Below, piece by piece: positions 51,513-63,087 of a DNA stretch of 64,000 bases. The notes under the pieces are model-generated. The model worked only from the letters and a program-made list of their open reading frames with translations, was not told the origin of the DNA and did no database searches. The stretch is from Vulcanimicrobiota bacterium. GTDB taxonomy: Bacteria > Vulcanimicrobiota > Vulcanimicrobiia > Vulcanimicrobiales > Vulcanimicrobiaceae. Numbering within the stretch: the stretch's first letter is position 1; each line of letters opens with the position of its first letter. The stretch is from the NCBI GenBank assembly GCA_963786105.1, contig CAWAXX010000001.1:32001-96000 (forward strand), written 5' to 3'. The position numbers and the translations under genes are program-made.

Positions 51513-51752
51513 TTAATTCTCCGTAGGGATGACGGTCTTGAGTTCTACCGCGTGGACGCGACCGTCTTCGAGTGCAGCTTTGAGGGCTCCGTACACGAGC
51601 CGATGCTGTTGAATGGGGGTTTTGCCCTTGAATTCCATCGACCGCACCGTGAGATTGAAGTGATCCATCGTGCCGGTCCGATCGAAAATCTGCACGTCGG
51701 CATCCGGCAGCTGCGCGCGGATCAGGTTCGTCAAAGCTGTATCGTCGATCAT
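51513..51752 (-). CDS. bolA: BolA-family protein
   Basis: DHF, FKGK..QQHRLVY and HAV motifs. Confidence 0.9.
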   Translation of the reverse strand: MIDDTALTNLIRAQLPDADVQIFDRTGTMDHFNLTVRSMEFKGKTPIQQHRLVYGALKAALEDGRVHAVELKTVIPTEN

Positions 51753-52003
51753 GACTTCAGACGCGGGGATCCGCCGCTTATCGCCTCTGCCAACCCGCGT
51801 GCTTCGCCGAGGGTTTCGGGCAACCGGTTCGCGCTCTGCCCCAACGCGTGGGTGATGCCGCTGGCGAGCACGACGCCGCTGACGCCGATGAGAATGGCCG
51901 GCACGCCGGTGGCTCGCAACGGACCGATTTGAATCGTGAAGGTCTTCTGCAGGCGAGCGATTCCGCGAAGGAACGCTGTCAGGGTGCCGGCTTTTTTATT
52001 CAT
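51749..52003 (-). CDS. Hypothetical small membrane protein upstream of bolA
   Basis: ATG with AGAAGG upstream; ATGA overlap with bolA; one hydrophobic segment. Confidence 0.6.
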   Translation of the reverse strand: MNKKAGTLTAFLRGIARLQKTFTIQIGPLRATGVPAILIGVSGVVLASGITHALGQSANRLPETLGEARGLAEAISGGSPRLKS

Positions 52004-52070
52004 GGGCGGCCCTTCTACGGCGTCGTGCGCGAGAAGGCCTGGCCCGCGACGCAAAGCGAAAGGCGGCGTT

Positions 52071-53081
52071 ATGCAAGCGATTCGGCTGCACGAAATAGGC
52101 GGCCCGGAAAACCTGCGGCTCGACGACGTGCCCGCGGCAAAGCCGGAGGCCGGAGAAGCGCTCGTTCGCATTCGCGCGGCGGCCTTCAACCGGCGCGACG
52201 TTTTCATTACGCAAGGACTCTATCCGGGAATCGTTCTTCCCAAAACGCTGGGATCGGACGGGGCCGGAGAGCTCGCGGCGCTCGGCCCGGAAACCACCTG
52301 TAGGGTCGACGCCGGCGAAGAAGTCGTTATCGATCCGATGCTGGGCTGGGGCGACGATGCGAGCGTTTGGGACGCAAAGAATAGCAGCATTCTGGGAATG
52401 CCCCGCGACGGAACGTTCGCTCAATACGCCGTCGTCCCGGCCGTCAACGTGTACCGCAAGCCAACCGGTTTGTCGATGGACGAGGCGGCTTGCATTCCGC
52501 TTGCGGGCCTTACGGCGTATCGAGCGGTTTTCACGTGCGCTAAGCTCGTTCGGGGTGAGACGGTGCTCATTCCCGGCATTGGCGGCGGAGTGCAAACGTT
52601 CGTGCTACTCTTCGCCAAGCACGCCGGCGCCCGCGCGATCGTTACCTCCGCCAGCGATGAAAAACTGGAGCGCGCCAAAGCGCTCGGAGCCGACGTCACG
52701 CTCAACTATGCGACGATGCCGGATTGGCACAAACGCGCGCGCGCCGCGGGGCCGATCGACGTGGTCGTCGACTCGTCGGGCGGCGAAACCCTCGCCAAGG
52801 CGCTCGATGCGGTCGCACCCGGCGGCCGCATCGTCATCTACGGTGGTACCAACGGCGAAGCGACGATCAAGTTGTTTCCGCTGTTTTGGAAGCACGTCAC
52901 AATCTTGGGAACGTCGATGGGCAGCCCTGCGGACTTTGCCGATATGCTCTCCCTGGTCGAACGTGGCGGCCTCAGACCGGCCATCGATCGCGTGTACCCG
53001 ATGAACGAAGCCGTCGCTGCCGCGAAGCGTATGGCTTCATCGAGTCAATTCGGGAAAGTCGCTCTGAGCATCGACGCCTAG
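52071..53081 (+). CDS. MDR-family (zinc-binding dehydrogenase/quinone reductase-like) oxidoreductase
   Basis: NRRD, LGSDGAG, GTFAQY, GIGGGV and QFGKV motifs. Confidence 0.9.
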   Translation: MQAIRLHEIGGPENLRLDDVPAAKPEAGEALVRIRAAAFNRRDVFITQGLYPGIVLPKTLGSDGAGELAALGPETTCRVDAGEEVVIDPMLGWGDDASVWDAKNSSILGMPRDGTFAQYAVVPAVNVYRKPTGLSMDEAACIPLAGLTAYRAVFTCAKLVRGETVLIPGIGGGVQTFVLLFAKHAGARAIVTSASDEKLERAKALGADVTLNYATMPDWHKRARAAGPIDVVVDSSGGETLAKALDAVAPGGRIVIYGGTNGEATIKLFPLFWKHVTILGTSMGSPADFADMLSLVERGGLRPAIDRVYPMNEAVAAAKRMASSSQFGKVALSIDA

Positions 53082-53714
53082 CGTTCCTTTCTCGGGAGTT
53101 CCATCGCACGTGCCGAGGGGAGGTGGGGCGTCTTGATAGATCGCTCCCGCGTTTTCTACCGGCAAACCGCTGTCCGGGTACAGGACGGCTTGAACCTTCG
53201 CGTTCGGCGTCAAATGATTCTCGCACCAAATCACGGCATGAGACTTCGACGCTCGGTCTCCACCGATCCACAGGTCGAACCAAATCCCGGAACATCCGTT
53301 ATGCCCGTGTCCTTTGCGCGGTCCCGAATGCGCGCAATCGTCTTCGCGAATGAAGTACTGCTTCAGAAACGGCACGTAGATCTTGATGCCGTACGGAATT
53401 TGGACGTCGTTCTTGCGTTCGGTTGCAAACGTCGTGGGATTGCAGTACGTACCGTCGCCAGATGCCACCTTATGAATGACCGGGTGCGCGATCTTATTGC
53501 CCGGAGGGCTGTTGTCGGGCCAGCCGTAGAACGTGATCGTCGCCTCCACCGTCGTCGGATCGATCTTCGTCACGTAGCACCCGAACGGCAACCCCGAAAG
53601 CCCGGCACCGCCGGATGTGCCGGACGGCAACGACGGCGCGTTCGGTTGCCCGCACGACGCCAGGATAGCCGCGAGCGCAAACGGCGCACCGAGGTTCGAC
53701 CGACGCTTGGCCAT
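53037..53714 (-). CDS. Hypothetical lipoprotein (possible 3D/DPBB-like domain)
   Basis: GGAGG RBS; LASC lipobox; TFYGWPDN, REDDC and FDLWIG motifs. Confidence 0.65.
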   Translation of the reverse strand: MAKRRSNLGAPFALAAILASCGQPNAPSLPSGTSGGAGLSGLPFGCYVTKIDPTTVEATITFYGWPDNSPPGNKIAHPVIHKVASGDGTYCNPTTFATERKNDVQIPYGIKIYVPFLKQYFIREDDCAHSGPRKGHGHNGCSGIWFDLWIGGDRASKSHAVIWCENHLTPNAKVQAVLYPDSGLPVENAGAIYQDAPPPLGTCDGTPEKGTLGVDAQSDFPELTR

Positions 53715-53751
53715 GACGGTACCTCCAATTCGTGTCGTCCGCGGCCCCAGC

Positions 53752-54252
53752 TTAAGGTGACACGCGGTCGAACATGGTTTCGAGGCGATCGAAGCTTGCG
53801 GCTACACCCTTTTCCATGCCGGATTCGATGGCTTGGTCGCGGATCGCTCGTGAGTCGAACGACATCTTCATGGTGACCGTGGTCGTGCTCGCTAGCTCCT
53901 CGAAGGTCGTCGTAACCAAAGCGTCGCCGGGATACCAGGACTGATCGAAGCGCTCTGCGTGCACGATACGTTGCGGGCGCGCGACCTCGCGGTAGTCGCC
54001 GTTTAGTCCGAACTGTTTGTCTTCGCCGGCGTTATGCCACACATAGTGAAACGAGCCGCCGGCGCGCAGGTCGACATCGCAGACGAGCATCGACCAGCCG
54101 TCGGGGCCGAGGAGCCACCGTTGGATCAGCTCCGGCGTCGTGAATGCGTCGAAAACGCGTTCGCGCGTCGCGTCGAAGGTGCGCGTCATCACGATCTCGC
54201 GATCGGTCGGCGTGCTCACCTCGAGTCGGTGTTTTGGTTCGGCGTGATTCAT
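53752..54252 (-). CDS. SRPBCC (Aha1-like) protein
   Basis: EIVMTRTFDA, DLRAGG and SGMEKG motifs. Confidence 0.9.
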   Translation of the reverse strand: MNHAEPKHRLEVSTPTDREIVMTRTFDATRERVFDAFTTPELIQRWLLGPDGWSMLVCDVDLRAGGSFHYVWHNAGEDKQFGLNGDYREVARPQRIVHAERFDQSWYPGDALVTTTFEELASTTTVTMKMSFDSRAIRDQAIESGMEKGVAASFDRLETMFDRVSP

Positions 54253-54255
54253 CGG

Positions 54256-54639
54256 CTATTTCCTCCGGTGCTTTGTTCGTTTCGTTTTTTTCACGTCCGC
54301 CAACTCGCCCAGCAGGGCATCGAGCCGCTGGAAGTTGCCTTCCCACAATCGGCGATAGCCCTCGAGCCAGCCGGTCGCTTCGGCGAGCGGCTTTGCTTCG
54401 ATCCTCCTCGGGCGTCGCTGAGCATCTCGACCGCGCGATACCAGACCGGCCCGCTCGAGTACTTTGAGATGCTTAGAGATGGCCGGCTGGCTCATCGAAA
54501 ACGGCGACGCGAGTTCGGTTACCGACGCGTCCCCGCTCGCCAGCCTCGCGAGAATGGCTCGCCGAGTCGGGTCGGCAAGCGCCATGAACGTTGCGTCGAG
54601 GCGGTCGGTCGAGATCTTTCCATAACTGAGTAGTTCCAT
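54256..54639 (-). CDS. ArsR/SmtB-family transcriptional regulator
   Basis: ALADPTRRAIL and SQPAISKHLKVLERAGL motifs. Confidence 0.93.
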   Translation of the reverse strand: MELLSYGKISTDRLDATFMALADPTRRAILARLASGDASVTELASPFSMSQPAISKHLKVLERAGLVSRGRDAQRRPRRIEAKPLAEATGWLEGYRRLWEGNFQRLDALLGELADVKKTKRTKHRRK

Positions 54640-54675
54640 AACCTTAGAGTAATATACACGGCTTGCCCGACGCCG

Positions 54676-55599
54676 TCAAGCGGTACTTTCGGTCAAACGG
54701 TACGCGTGGAGATCGTCGAGCCGGAGCGACGAGCCGAGTTCGGCCGCGATGACGGCGGCCTGCTCGCGCCCCACCAGCGTTTCCAGGGGCGGATTGAGGA
54801 TCCACATTTCCAGCTGCGTCATCGGGCGTTCGACCCGCCGTGCGGAAACGCGGCCCTCGTCTTCGAGCGCGATGAGGTGCGCGAGCATCTGGCGCGCCAT
54901 CGCCGGCATCAACTCGGGGCGGTCGTCACCGTAAACCCACAGGACGAGTTCGGGAATCGTTTGCTCGCCGTTGCGCGCTAACGCGTCGACGATTTCCGTT
55001 TCGCGCAAGCGGCGATGCGCGATGTATTCGGCGATCTTGGCTCGGGCGTCCTCAACGACCGGTCCGTGGCCGCCGTAAATCGTTCGTACGTCGCGAAATT
55101 CGTCCGCGAGTCGCTGCAGCGTTCGCTGGTACGGCCGCATCGCGCCGTGCGGCGGTGCGATCACGACCGTTCCCTCGCCGAGAATCACGTCGCCCGTGAA
55201 AAGCGCGCGCTCGCCAGGCAAGTAGAATACGACGTGGTCGAACGTGTGTCCGGGTGCGTCCATCGTACGCAGCGTCAGGTTGCCGACGCGAAAGTCTCCG
55301 TCGAGTTCGAGATCGGCGTCGTGCGGAATCGTGCTTGCCGGATGGGCGTACACCGGCGCGTTGCAAATCGATGCCAGCAAAACGGCCGCCGGAGCGTGAT
55401 CGGGATGTCCGTGGGTTATCGCGATGGCACGGATCGCCAGATTGCGCGCGCGCGCGGCTGCGACGAGATCTTCGACGTGACGCGCGATCGGCGGTCCCGG
55501 ATCGATGACGAGTGCCTCGCCCCCGCAATCGACGATGTAGGAATTCGTACCGCTCAGCGTCATCGCGGACGGATTGGGAGCTCTGACGAGCGTTACCAC
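54676..55599 (-). CDS. MBL-fold metallo-hydrolase
   Basis: APNPSAMT..GTNSY, THGHPDH, PGHTFDH, FTGD and GHG motifs. Confidence 0.9.
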   Translation of the reverse strand: MVTLVRAPNPSAMTLSGTNSYIVDCGGEALVIDPGPPIARHVEDLVAAARARNLAIRAIAITHGHPDHAPAAVLLASICNAPVYAHPASTIPHDADLELDGDFRVGNLTLRTMDAPGHTFDHVVFYLPGERALFTGDVILGEGTVVIAPPHGAMRPYQRTLQRLADEFRDVRTIYGGHGPVVEDARAKIAEYIAHRRLRETEIVDALARNGEQTIPELVLWVYGDDRPELMPAMARQMLAHLIALEDEGRVSARRVERPMTQLEMWILNPPLETLVGREQAAVIAAELGSSLRLDDLHAYRLTESTA

Positions 55600-56411
55600 G
55601 CACGCTCCAATGCGGCCGGCATCGCGAAGCTGCCGTCCGGCGCCGACGCCGGCAGAATCGTCAGCACCGGCTTGCGGCGCGCAAACTCTTGCGCGTCCTC
55701 CAGCGATGCGAATTCCGCCAACCGTTCAAGATGCTTGATCGTCGGATAGACTAGGTGAAAGGCGCCTTCGCGATAACGCTCGAGTGCGTCGCGCGGCGCG
55801 ATCCAGACGCCTTCGTGGGTTTCGTACGCGTCCGCCAGGCCGGCTTGACCGGCGGGAGCCGTAGTAAAGAAGAAGTGCGTGTTAAAGCGGCGAGGTTCGC
55901 TGGGCGGCGTTATCCAGTGCGAGAAGAGCATCAGGTCCCGAGTATCGGCGAACCAATCCCGTCGCGTGAGGAATTCCGCGAACGGCAGCTCGCCGCCGCC
56001 GACGCGTGCGCGCGCGGCTTGTACGTCCGGCGAACGCACGCTCGAAGCGTCCACCGGCGATCCGCCGCGCGAGCGGGCGATGAGAATGCCGGCCTCCTCA
56101 AACAGTTCGCGCAACGCCGCCACCAAAATCGCGCCGGCGGCGTCGTGCGCGACGGACGGTTCGCTGCAGGGAAGTTCGGACGGCGCGGTCGCTCGGAACT
56201 CCCGAGCTACCCGTTGCGGTTCTAATCCGAGCGTTCGTGCTAGTACTTCCGGGGAGAAATCTTGGCGGTCGACCGTTCCGCCGGGGAAAACGAACGCATC
56301 CGCGGCAAATGCGCTGTTACGGCTGCGTCGCGTCATGTAGAGTTCGAATCCGCGGTTCGCCGGTCGCGCGAGAATGACGGTCGCCGCCAATCTGAGGCTG
56401 GAATCGGTCAC
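55593..56411 (-). CDS. NUDIX hydrolase (NUDT19-like)
   Basis: AATVIL, VFPGG, AALRELFEEAG and HWITP..RRFNT motifs. Confidence 0.88.
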   Translation of the reverse strand: MTDSSLRLAATVILARPANRGFELYMTRRSRNSAFAADAFVFPGGTVDRQDFSPEVLARTLGLEPQRVAREFRATAPSELPCSEPSVAHDAAGAILVAALRELFEEAGILIARSRGGSPVDASSVRSPDVQAARARVGGGELPFAEFLTRRDWFADTRDLMLFSHWITPPSEPRRFNTHFFFTTAPAGQAGLADAYETHEGVWIAPRDALERYREGAFHLVYPTIKHLERLAEFASLEDAQEFARRKPVLTILPASAPDGSFAMPAALERAW

Positions 56412-56606
56412 GGTAAGGCCGCGAGTTGTCGCTATCGGCGCGGCCGTCCTTTGCTGGGAAGTTGGGTCGCGCCCGCCTCGCAGCCCAAGTACGCGCGATG
56501 ATCCAGGAGCTGCACGCTCGCTAGCCACTTCCCCGGTCCAATCCAAAGGCGGTGTTGAACCGTTATCTCCAGCGAATCGCCCCGTCACCTGATTCTTGGA
56601 GGAACA

Positions 56607-57236
56607 ATGAAATCTCGTTGGATTGCCGCGGTCGTCGCCGCCGGTATGCTCGTCGCCGCCGCCCCCGTGACCGCCGCCGAGACGTGGCTCCCGCAAGTCA
56701 CCGACGCGCCGTCGCGGTTTTCCGGCCCGGGCGTCTACACGGGCAAGCCCGCGTTAGCCGTCACGCTCTCGATGGTGATGGCCGGTGGTGGCCCCAGCGA
56801 CTTTGCCACCTTGACCCTGGTGAAGGTGCTCGCCGGCGACAAGACCGATGCTGAGGTCGCCGCCCTCAAGCAGAAGTTCGGCGATCAGAAGGTCACCAAC
56901 TTTGTGACGATCTTTCCGTTCGTGGTCAGCGACTCGCTCAAGATCGCGAAGGCGAAGGGCGTCGCCCTGCCGTCGGCGCCAAACCCCGATCCCAGCAACG
57001 GTGAAGCGCTCGCCGGAGCCCTGTGGGCTGCCGGCCAAACCGGCCACGGCTTCAACGTCGAAGTGATGCTCGACCGCGCCGTTTCGCACCCGATTCACGA
57101 GCAAGTCATGACCGACATCGACGCCAAATACGGCCTGGCGGCCGACGCGGACTACCACGCGGTGCTTAACCAAGCCATGCACGACTTGGCGACGGTCTAC
57201 CACTTCAACGCGATGGGCAAGCCCTCGTCAATGTAA
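56607..57236 (+). CDS. Hypothetical secreted protein
   Basis: GGAGG RBS; signal peptide; coding-like codon usage. Confidence 0.8.
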   Translation: MKSRWIAAVVAAGMLVAAAPVTAAETWLPQVTDAPSRFSGPGVYTGKPALAVTLSMVMAGGGPSDFATLTLVKVLAGDKTDAEVAALKQKFGDQKVTNFVTIFPFVVSDSLKIAKAKGVALPSAPNPDPSNGEALAGALWAAGQTGHGFNVEVMLDRAVSHPIHEQVMTDIDAKYGLAADADYHAVLNQAMHDLATVYHFNAMGKPSSM

Positions 57237-57277
57237 CGGCTAGCGGCGCCAACCGCGGATTCGCGCGGATTCGCCAT

Positions 57278-57320
57278 AAAAAGCAGGAGGGTGACGCAAT
57301 CGCGCCACCCTCTTTCTGCT
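57278..57320 (-). terminator. Intrinsic terminator (probably bidirectional)
   Basis: Minus strand GAGGGTGGCGC-GATT-GCGTCACCCTC hairpin followed by CTGCTTTTT. Confidence 0.8.
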
Positions 57321-57412
57321 ATTCGAGCCGGCCGCAGAACTAACGCTGCGTCCGGCTACTCCACCTCCGACGGCAAGGGTGATAGCTGCTCACCGTTCCT
57401 CGCCCGGAGATG
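57278..57412 (-). ncRNA. Candidate structured small RNA (three hairpins)
   Basis: Own promoter at 57416-57444, three consecutive stems with G-U pairs on this strand, terminal U-tract; no family recognised. Confidence 0.55.
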
Positions 57413-57415
57413 CCG

Positions 57416-57444
57416 ATTCTACCGGATTACCCGGGCGAAGACAA
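57416..57444 (-). promoter_or_regulatory. Sigma70-type promoter
   Basis: TTGTCT-N17-TAGAAT on the minus strand. Confidence 0.65.
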
Positions 57445-57834
57445 TATGCTGGTTCCCAGGAGCCAAAAACACAGCACGGCGAGCGTCCAGTTGACGGCAT
57501 GGGCCGTCCAGCATACCGGGCAAGGGCGGCGGGTGATGAAGAGGAGCGAATAGGCGAGGTACAGCGAGGTCAGGGCCGCAAACGCGACGGCGGCCAGCAG
57601 CGCGACCTTCGCGGCCGGCGATCGCGCCGCCCAGATTGCAATGGCCACGGCGGGGTAGTAGATCGCGCCGAGCAAAGCGTTTGAGACGCCGCCGTACAGG
57701 CGCGCCCGCGGCGTTTCGACGACGCTCGGTTCGGCGAGCCGGCCGGCCTGGGCTCGCCGCGTCTTGGCAAGCATGAAAAGCGCGGTGGAGAGACCAACAC
57801 CGCAGAGTAACGTGACTATCGTCTTCGGCAACAT
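57427..57834 (-). CDS. Vitamin K epoxide reductase (VKOR)-family membrane protein
   Basis: ARLYGGVSNALLG, SLYLAY and CPVC..H motifs; about four TM helices. Confidence 0.8.
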   Translation of the reverse strand: MLPKTIVTLLCGVGLSTALFMLAKTRRAQAGRLAEPSVVETPRARLYGGVSNALLGAIYYPAVAIAIWAARSPAAKVALLAAVAFAALTSLYLAYSLLFITRRPCPVCWTAHAVNWTLAVLCFWLLGTSILSSPG

Positions 57835-57846
57835 GCTCGTCTCGGC

Positions 57847-58497
57847 TTGACTCAGTTCTATCGGCGCTCTGCTGGTTTTGGGTTGCTGGTCGCGTCGTTC
57901 GCCCTGGCCTTCTTCGTGATCCGCTATCAGCCACAGGTCGAGCACGAAATCCGGACGCTGGGACCGTTGGCGTACCCTCTGGCGATTGGGGTGTTCGCGA
58001 TCGTCGCCTCGGCGCCGTTTTCGGTGACCGATGCCCTGGCCATCATGAACGGCGCGATCTTCGGGCCATTGAAGGGCTCGATCGTCGACGCCATCGGCCT
58101 CGTGCTCGCCGCGATGATCGGCTATTGGGTGAACCAGCGAGCGTCGAAACTGCTCGACCTGCACGAATACCTGCAGCGCCTGCCGGCCTGGGTGAAGCGT
58201 TTTCCGGTGGGCTCTCCGGCGTTTCTGATTGCCGTCCGCGTCATCCCCGGCTTCGGCGGAACGGTTGCTACCGCGAGCGCGGCGGCGTTTAAGGTACCGC
58301 TGTGGGTGCACGTGTGGACCATGTGCGCGATCGCCGTTCCCATCTGCACGGTGTTGACGATTTTCGGCGACCGCGTAACCGTTTTCGTGCACGGCGTGAC
58401 GAATCGCTACGAGTACCGCTTCCACCATTACTGTCAGACACATCGGTGTCCGCACTTCCGCTTTCGCCGCGCCGAAAGCCCGACGCCGGCGCCATGA
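57847..58497 (+). CDS. VTT/DedA (TVP38/SNARE-associated) membrane protein
   Basis: NGAIFGPLKG and RVIPG motifs; several TM helices. Confidence 0.78.
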   Translation: MTQFYRRSAGFGLLVASFALAFFVIRYQPQVEHEIRTLGPLAYPLAIGVFAIVASAPFSVTDALAIMNGAIFGPLKGSIVDAIGLVLAAMIGYWVNQRASKLLDLHEYLQRLPAWVKRFPVGSPAFLIAVRVIPGFGGTVATASAAAFKVPLWVHVWTMCAIAVPICTVLTIFGDRVTVFVHGVTNRYEYRFHHYCQTHRCPHFRFRRAESPTPAP

Positions 58498-59664
58498 CCG
58501 CGCCGACGATCGTCAACGACGCGCGCGGGCTCGATCGGCTACGCGCGCGCGTGAGCGCCGCCGAACGCGTCGCCCTCGATACCGAGTTTCATGCCGAACG
58601 CAGCTACGCGCCGCGGCTGATGGTCGTCCAGATCGCATTCGACGACGGGGCGGCGATCGTCGATCCACTGGCCGTGCGCGATTTGAGCCCGTTGCTCGAA
58701 GCGCTGGCGGAGACGACGGTCGTCGGGCACGCGCTTGCTTCAGACTTAAAGATCTTCGCCGACCGTTTCGGAGCGGTACCGGCGCGCGTCTTCGACACGC
58801 AAATTGCGGCCGCGTTTCTCGGCTATGGAATGCAAATCTCCCTGGCCGATCTGGTCCGCGATATTCAGCACGTGCGGTTGGCGAAATCGCAGACGGTCAG
58901 CGATTGGTCGGCGCGACCCTTCTCCGAGCGGCAGCTCGAATATCTCGTCGACGACGTCGCACACTTGCTGCCGATGTACGACGTCTTGTGCCGGCGTCTG
59001 GAAAGCAAGGGCCGTTACGGGTGGGCTCTCGAGGAATGTGCCGAACTCGGCGATCTGGCCCGCTATCGCGTCGACGAGCGGCGCGCGTATTTGAGAATTC
59101 CCGGCGCGATGCGCATGAATCGCCGGGAGCTCGGCATTCTCAACGAGGTGGTGAGACTGCGCGATCGCATCGCGCGCGAGCGAGACTTTCCGCCGAAGTA
59201 CGTGCTGCCAGACGACGTCGTCGGCGGCCTCGCCGCGCTGCGGCCCAAACAGCTCGAAGACCTATCGCAGCTGCGCCGGCTGGATGCGGGCGCGCGGCGC
59301 CAACTCGGCGACGCGATTTTGGAGGCCGTCGCGCGAGGGGAAGCGCTCGACGAGACCGACCTTCCGGAGAAGCCTAAACGCCCGCTCGGCGCCTCTCGCG
59401 ACACGCTGGTGGCATACTTGGGCGTAGCCGCCGGCGAGATCGCGCGAATCTCGGATCTTCCGACGAATCTCTTAGTGCCGCGCGCCACGCTGGAGCGTGT
59501 CGTACGCGAGCTGCCGCGCGACCGCGATAGCTTCGAAAGGACGCTCGCACTCCAACCGTGGCGGCTCGAGCTGGTCGGCGAGCCCTTATGGCGTCTGCTG
59601 TCGGGTCAAGCCGGCCTCGTCATCGAAGGCTACGCCGACGGTGACCCGAAAATACAATTATCCC

Positions 59665-59684
<20 letters not shown>
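58494..59684 (+). CDS. rnd: Ribonuclease D (DEDDy exonuclease with HRDC domain)
   Basis: [23 protein letters not shown] and RDRIARERD motifs. Confidence 0.92.
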
Positions 59685-62403
<2,719 letters not shown>

Positions 62404-62405
62404 GA

Positions 62406-62990
62406 CTAGGGAGGAGTCGCCGTCGGGCCCGGCGTTGCCGTGTCGCTCACGACGATAACGTCTCGCATGTTGTCGGATTGATAGTGATAGGCGCACCCGA
62501 TCAAATAGATACCCTTGACGAGTGTGACGGTCACGGATTTTCCGGGCTTGATCGTGCCGCTGCGGTACCCGGCGACGAGCTTCGTTCCCCCACTTGGCGA
62601 GAACCCAAGTGTTGGATTTTGCGGAAAGTTTGCGGGGGGAGCGGTGATTTTCTTGATGACGTTGAGCGTGTGGTCTTCAGGGAACTTTGAAATATTGGTG
62701 ATCTTGAATTGCGTTCCCGGCGGGAAACCTAGTATCTGGGAATAGTGAGTCTGCGTGAAACCGGCGATGTCGGCGTGCCAGTGCTGGGAAAACTTATGTC
62801 CGATCTGATCCGGATACCCGGCACCGATCGTCTTGGCCGGAAGCAGGGCGGTGATCGCTAGGTCGCCATCCAGCGGCGGAAGTTGGACGGATTGCGGTTG
62901 TCCGCCCGCGCCGTACCGGGTTCCGCCACAAGCAATAAGGGCGCCGACAGCAACCAACGCGAAAAATGGCTGGGTAACGTTTTTTACCAT
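62406..62990 (-). CDS. Cupredoxin-like lipoprotein
   Basis: GGAGG RBS; LIAC lipobox; HTLN and GCAYHYQSDNM (candidate type-1 Cu ligands His, Cys, His, Met). Confidence 0.7.
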   Translation of the reverse strand: MVKNVTQPFFALVAVGALIACGGTRYGAGGQPQSVQLPPLDGDLAITALLPAKTIGAGYPDQIGHKFSQHWHADIAGFTQTHYSQILGFPPGTQFKITNISKFPEDHTLNVIKKITAPPANFPQNPTLGFSPSGGTKLVAGYRSGTIKPGKSVTVTLVKGIYLIGCAYHYQSDNMRDVIVVSDTATPGPTATPP

Positions 62991-63087
62991 ACGATCCTCC
63001 TGCGTTTTGGCGACCGTCAAAGAATGTCGCGTGCGCATGAAAAAAGTCTGAAGCGGTGGGTCTTGCCGCTCGGAGCGACGCCAGAAT

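Noticed and set aside
56455..56535. Possible cobalamin riboswitch, tRNA-Sec, SRP or 6S RNA
   Set aside because: GGGAAG and GCCACT occur in the wrong order for a B12 element; no T-loop, SRP GGAA/AGCAG motif or 6S-type central bubble recognised
57340..57393. 17-codon ORF (GTG..TAG) inside the candidate sRNA, as a type I toxin
   Set aside because: The peptide is not hydrophobic, the RBS spacing is short and the start codon lies within a stem
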